64,000 nt of DNA from assembly GCF_964204865.1 (NCBI RefSeq), contig NC_135256.1, forward strand, positions 16,864,001 to 16,928,000. Direction: 5' to 3'. Positions 39,502 through 64,000 of the stretch are shown in pieces. The translations under genes and the position numbers were made by a program. Position 1 is the first letter of the stretch. Every line of letters starts with the position of its first letter. A model generated the notes under the pieces. That model searched no databases. It was given only the letters and a program-made list of their open reading frames with translations, and was not told the DNA's origin. Source of the DNA: Styela clava. Its lineage: Eukaryota.

Positions 39502-40722
39502 ATACTATGTGTTCGTGATTCCGATTGGTAGGCGAGTGAAAGTTTTATATGTTGTTAATTAGAACGTTCCTATTCCCAAAATCCTTGGGAATCTCAGGGA
39601 TAGTGGTCTTCATGCTCAAGTTCCTGAAAACCAGACATTTAGGTGAAAGAGAACTTTTCTCTAAAAACTGTTACCACCCTTTCCAAAGATGAGGTAATAT
39701 TAATTGTAATTTACAATTTTGCACTGAAGACGAAGAGCAGAATAAAAGACCAAATTACGTCGTAATTCTCTCAATATAACCAAATTGATTATTGAAACTA
39801 TCTTGTATGAACCACAAAAGAATGAAAGCGGCATGCTAACTTAGAGCAATTATTGGACACAAAAGCTACATGAAATTTATTCCAGACTCACTGAAGGTCG
39901 TCAAAGTATAAGCCGTCCTCAATGCCGTAAATCTAATACATATTCCAAAGTTATGTCAGAACAGCATTAAAATCAGGATTCTTTCTATGTGGATTTTCGC
40001 AACTGTCAATTGCGCCTTCAAAATGACAGATTTTCTAAAGTTTTTTCGATACGGAGGAACAATTGTTTGATAAGTAAAAATAGCAATATCAGTCAGTGAA
40101 TCCCTTGATTCAGGAAATCTGTCAGGAATATAAATGGAGAAATATAAGTGACATCACGCGGCCAATGATTTAATTTTTCTCGTTCTATTCCCAAATGTGT
40201 ATGTATATACAGTTAGGATTATATGAAATTGATGATGATCACTAAAATTTATGATAAGTAGATTTGAGGAAATCTTAATTTATTTATTTACGAGTTACAC
40301 ACTACGTTTATAAGTTTTATTTTTTAGTAGGGATAATCAAATTATCTACATTTGTCATTTCCGTTTTATCAATAACGAGTTTCTTTGATTAGTAGAAAAC
40401 AATTGCAATATCATGTTGAGTCGGTAATTCGTTTGTTCTTCTGAAATGATAAGGGATAACAGTTTGAATAAAAAAAATCGAGTCTCCTCGACTCTAAATA
40501 ATGTTGTCTTGATAACAAACTTTAAATTTATTGATAAGTGCGTTTGAGTGGATTTATTCATCAAAATTTTTCGAATTTTAATTTCCGAAATCTTGATGTT
40601 AACGACTGTTTATTACGCATTTTTATCTCTATTATAAAGTTGCGATAATAAAATTATCTGCATTTCACATAGCCGTTCATTCAAGATTGAGTTTCTTTGA
40701 TTAGTAAATGACAATTTTATAG

Positions 40723-40810
40723 CATTCGTGGCTTCCACGAGTATTTATGCAGATCTGTGACCTTTTGCAGTAGTGTGTTGCAGTAGTTATCTATACATTC
40801 GTTATAATTT
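40723..40810 (-). pseudogene. Relic duplicate of cbEGF exon 42435-42557 forming the right border of the Tbx array
   Basis: GCTTCCACGAGTATTTATGCAGATCTGTGACCTTTTGCAG...TCTATACATTCGTT matches 42487-42552 (GCTTCCACGTGTATTTATGCAGATCTGTGACCTTTTACAG...TCTATACATTCGTT). Confidence 0.8.
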
Positions 40811-41610
40811 CGTCCGTTTGAGTCACCATGAATTATTTAGCAAATTTTACGAAGAACATTTTCAGTCAATTTTAATTGAACAGTCTTTGATAACGGCAAA
40901 TAATTAAAACTGTGCTATAGCTACTCTTTCATCAAAAAGATATAATTAGAAGAATTTTATTGAATTTTTCTTTTTCAGTTTTTCATTTTTCACTAATAAG
41001 ATATAAAAAGATAATATAATATAATAAACAAACAAAAACAAGACCACTTTGAAAATGTGAAATCAAAAATAAAACAGAGTAAATATTTTGCTGTATGCTG
41101 GCCTGGTCAGACAAACTATCACGTGAATTTGCTGTATTTGAAGTATTTACGGTACCTAATAACCAGTAACAATATAATGTTCGCAAGCGGTCGAATACGG
41201 AACTGTAATCACCTCAAATCAACACTGTCATTAACGCGGGGTAAGAATATAACATAATCAGTTGAAAATAAAACATTCATTACGACGTTTTGCCATTGAA
41301 TTACCGATTGATTTTTGAAGATCTTAAATCCTTATTTCTTGAAACATGTTTTTATTACCATTCCACGTTAATAGTGTTTTACTGCAAGAACGATATATAT
41401 AGGAAAAAACCTGGTTCAAACCTCAATTGACGACGCACCACACAGTAGGAAATATTGATTAATTAACTGCTCCAAAAATAGCAAAAGTACGAATACTTTT
41501 GCAGTGTTTAACTGTGCTATGATGTGCGATCCGATTCCCCCATATGCATTCATCTATATGCGTGAATTCGTTGTTATGGATGATAACATAAGCTCCTCAC
41601 GAGATGAACA

Positions 41611-63973
<22,363 letters not shown>

Positions 63974-64000
63974 CTAAAATATATATACAGCAAACCTCAT

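Larger units (their letters stand above)
17260..40722. repeat. Tandem/inverted segmental duplication array of ~3.6-4.2 kb Tbx units
   Basis: Near-identical genes, introns and flanks repeated six times; stop-to-stop distances 3648 (A-B) and 4243 (B-C); orientation switches from - to + at ~27789. Confidence 0.95.

Overview
AT-rich, intron-containing animal DNA, most likely an ascidian/tunicate (inferred from Tbx6-related T-box genes, compact introns and an animal-type GH9). Left to right: (1) 3' exons of a palladin/myopalladin-family Ig gene (+, 259-6891). (2) A secreted Cys-rich/cbEGF/VWA/EGF/TSP1 gene (+, 9189-14073). (3) A ~23 kb array of Tbx6-related genes: five intact 4-exon copies (three on -, two on +) and one deleted pseudogene. 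Each unit carries dead exons of the neighbouring TSP1 gene and a repeated Zic-like+TCF module, and the left three copies sit in a ~10.5 kb inversion whose breakpoints can be rejoined. (4) A composite TIR element inserted behind the last copy. (5) A long minus-strand gene (30 exons reconstructed by eye, 41611 to beyond the window end) encoding GH9 - EGF - 2x CBM2-like - 2x FN3 - 7x EGF. Its GH9 catalytic acid is Glu->Gln, making it a candidate inactive, cellulose-binding matrix protein and the most interesting item here. (6) A very young BEL/Pao LTR retrotransposon (51973-60037, TSD GTCGG) in one intron of that gene, with most of gag-pol internally inverted. All exon models and alignments were made by eye and need confirmation.
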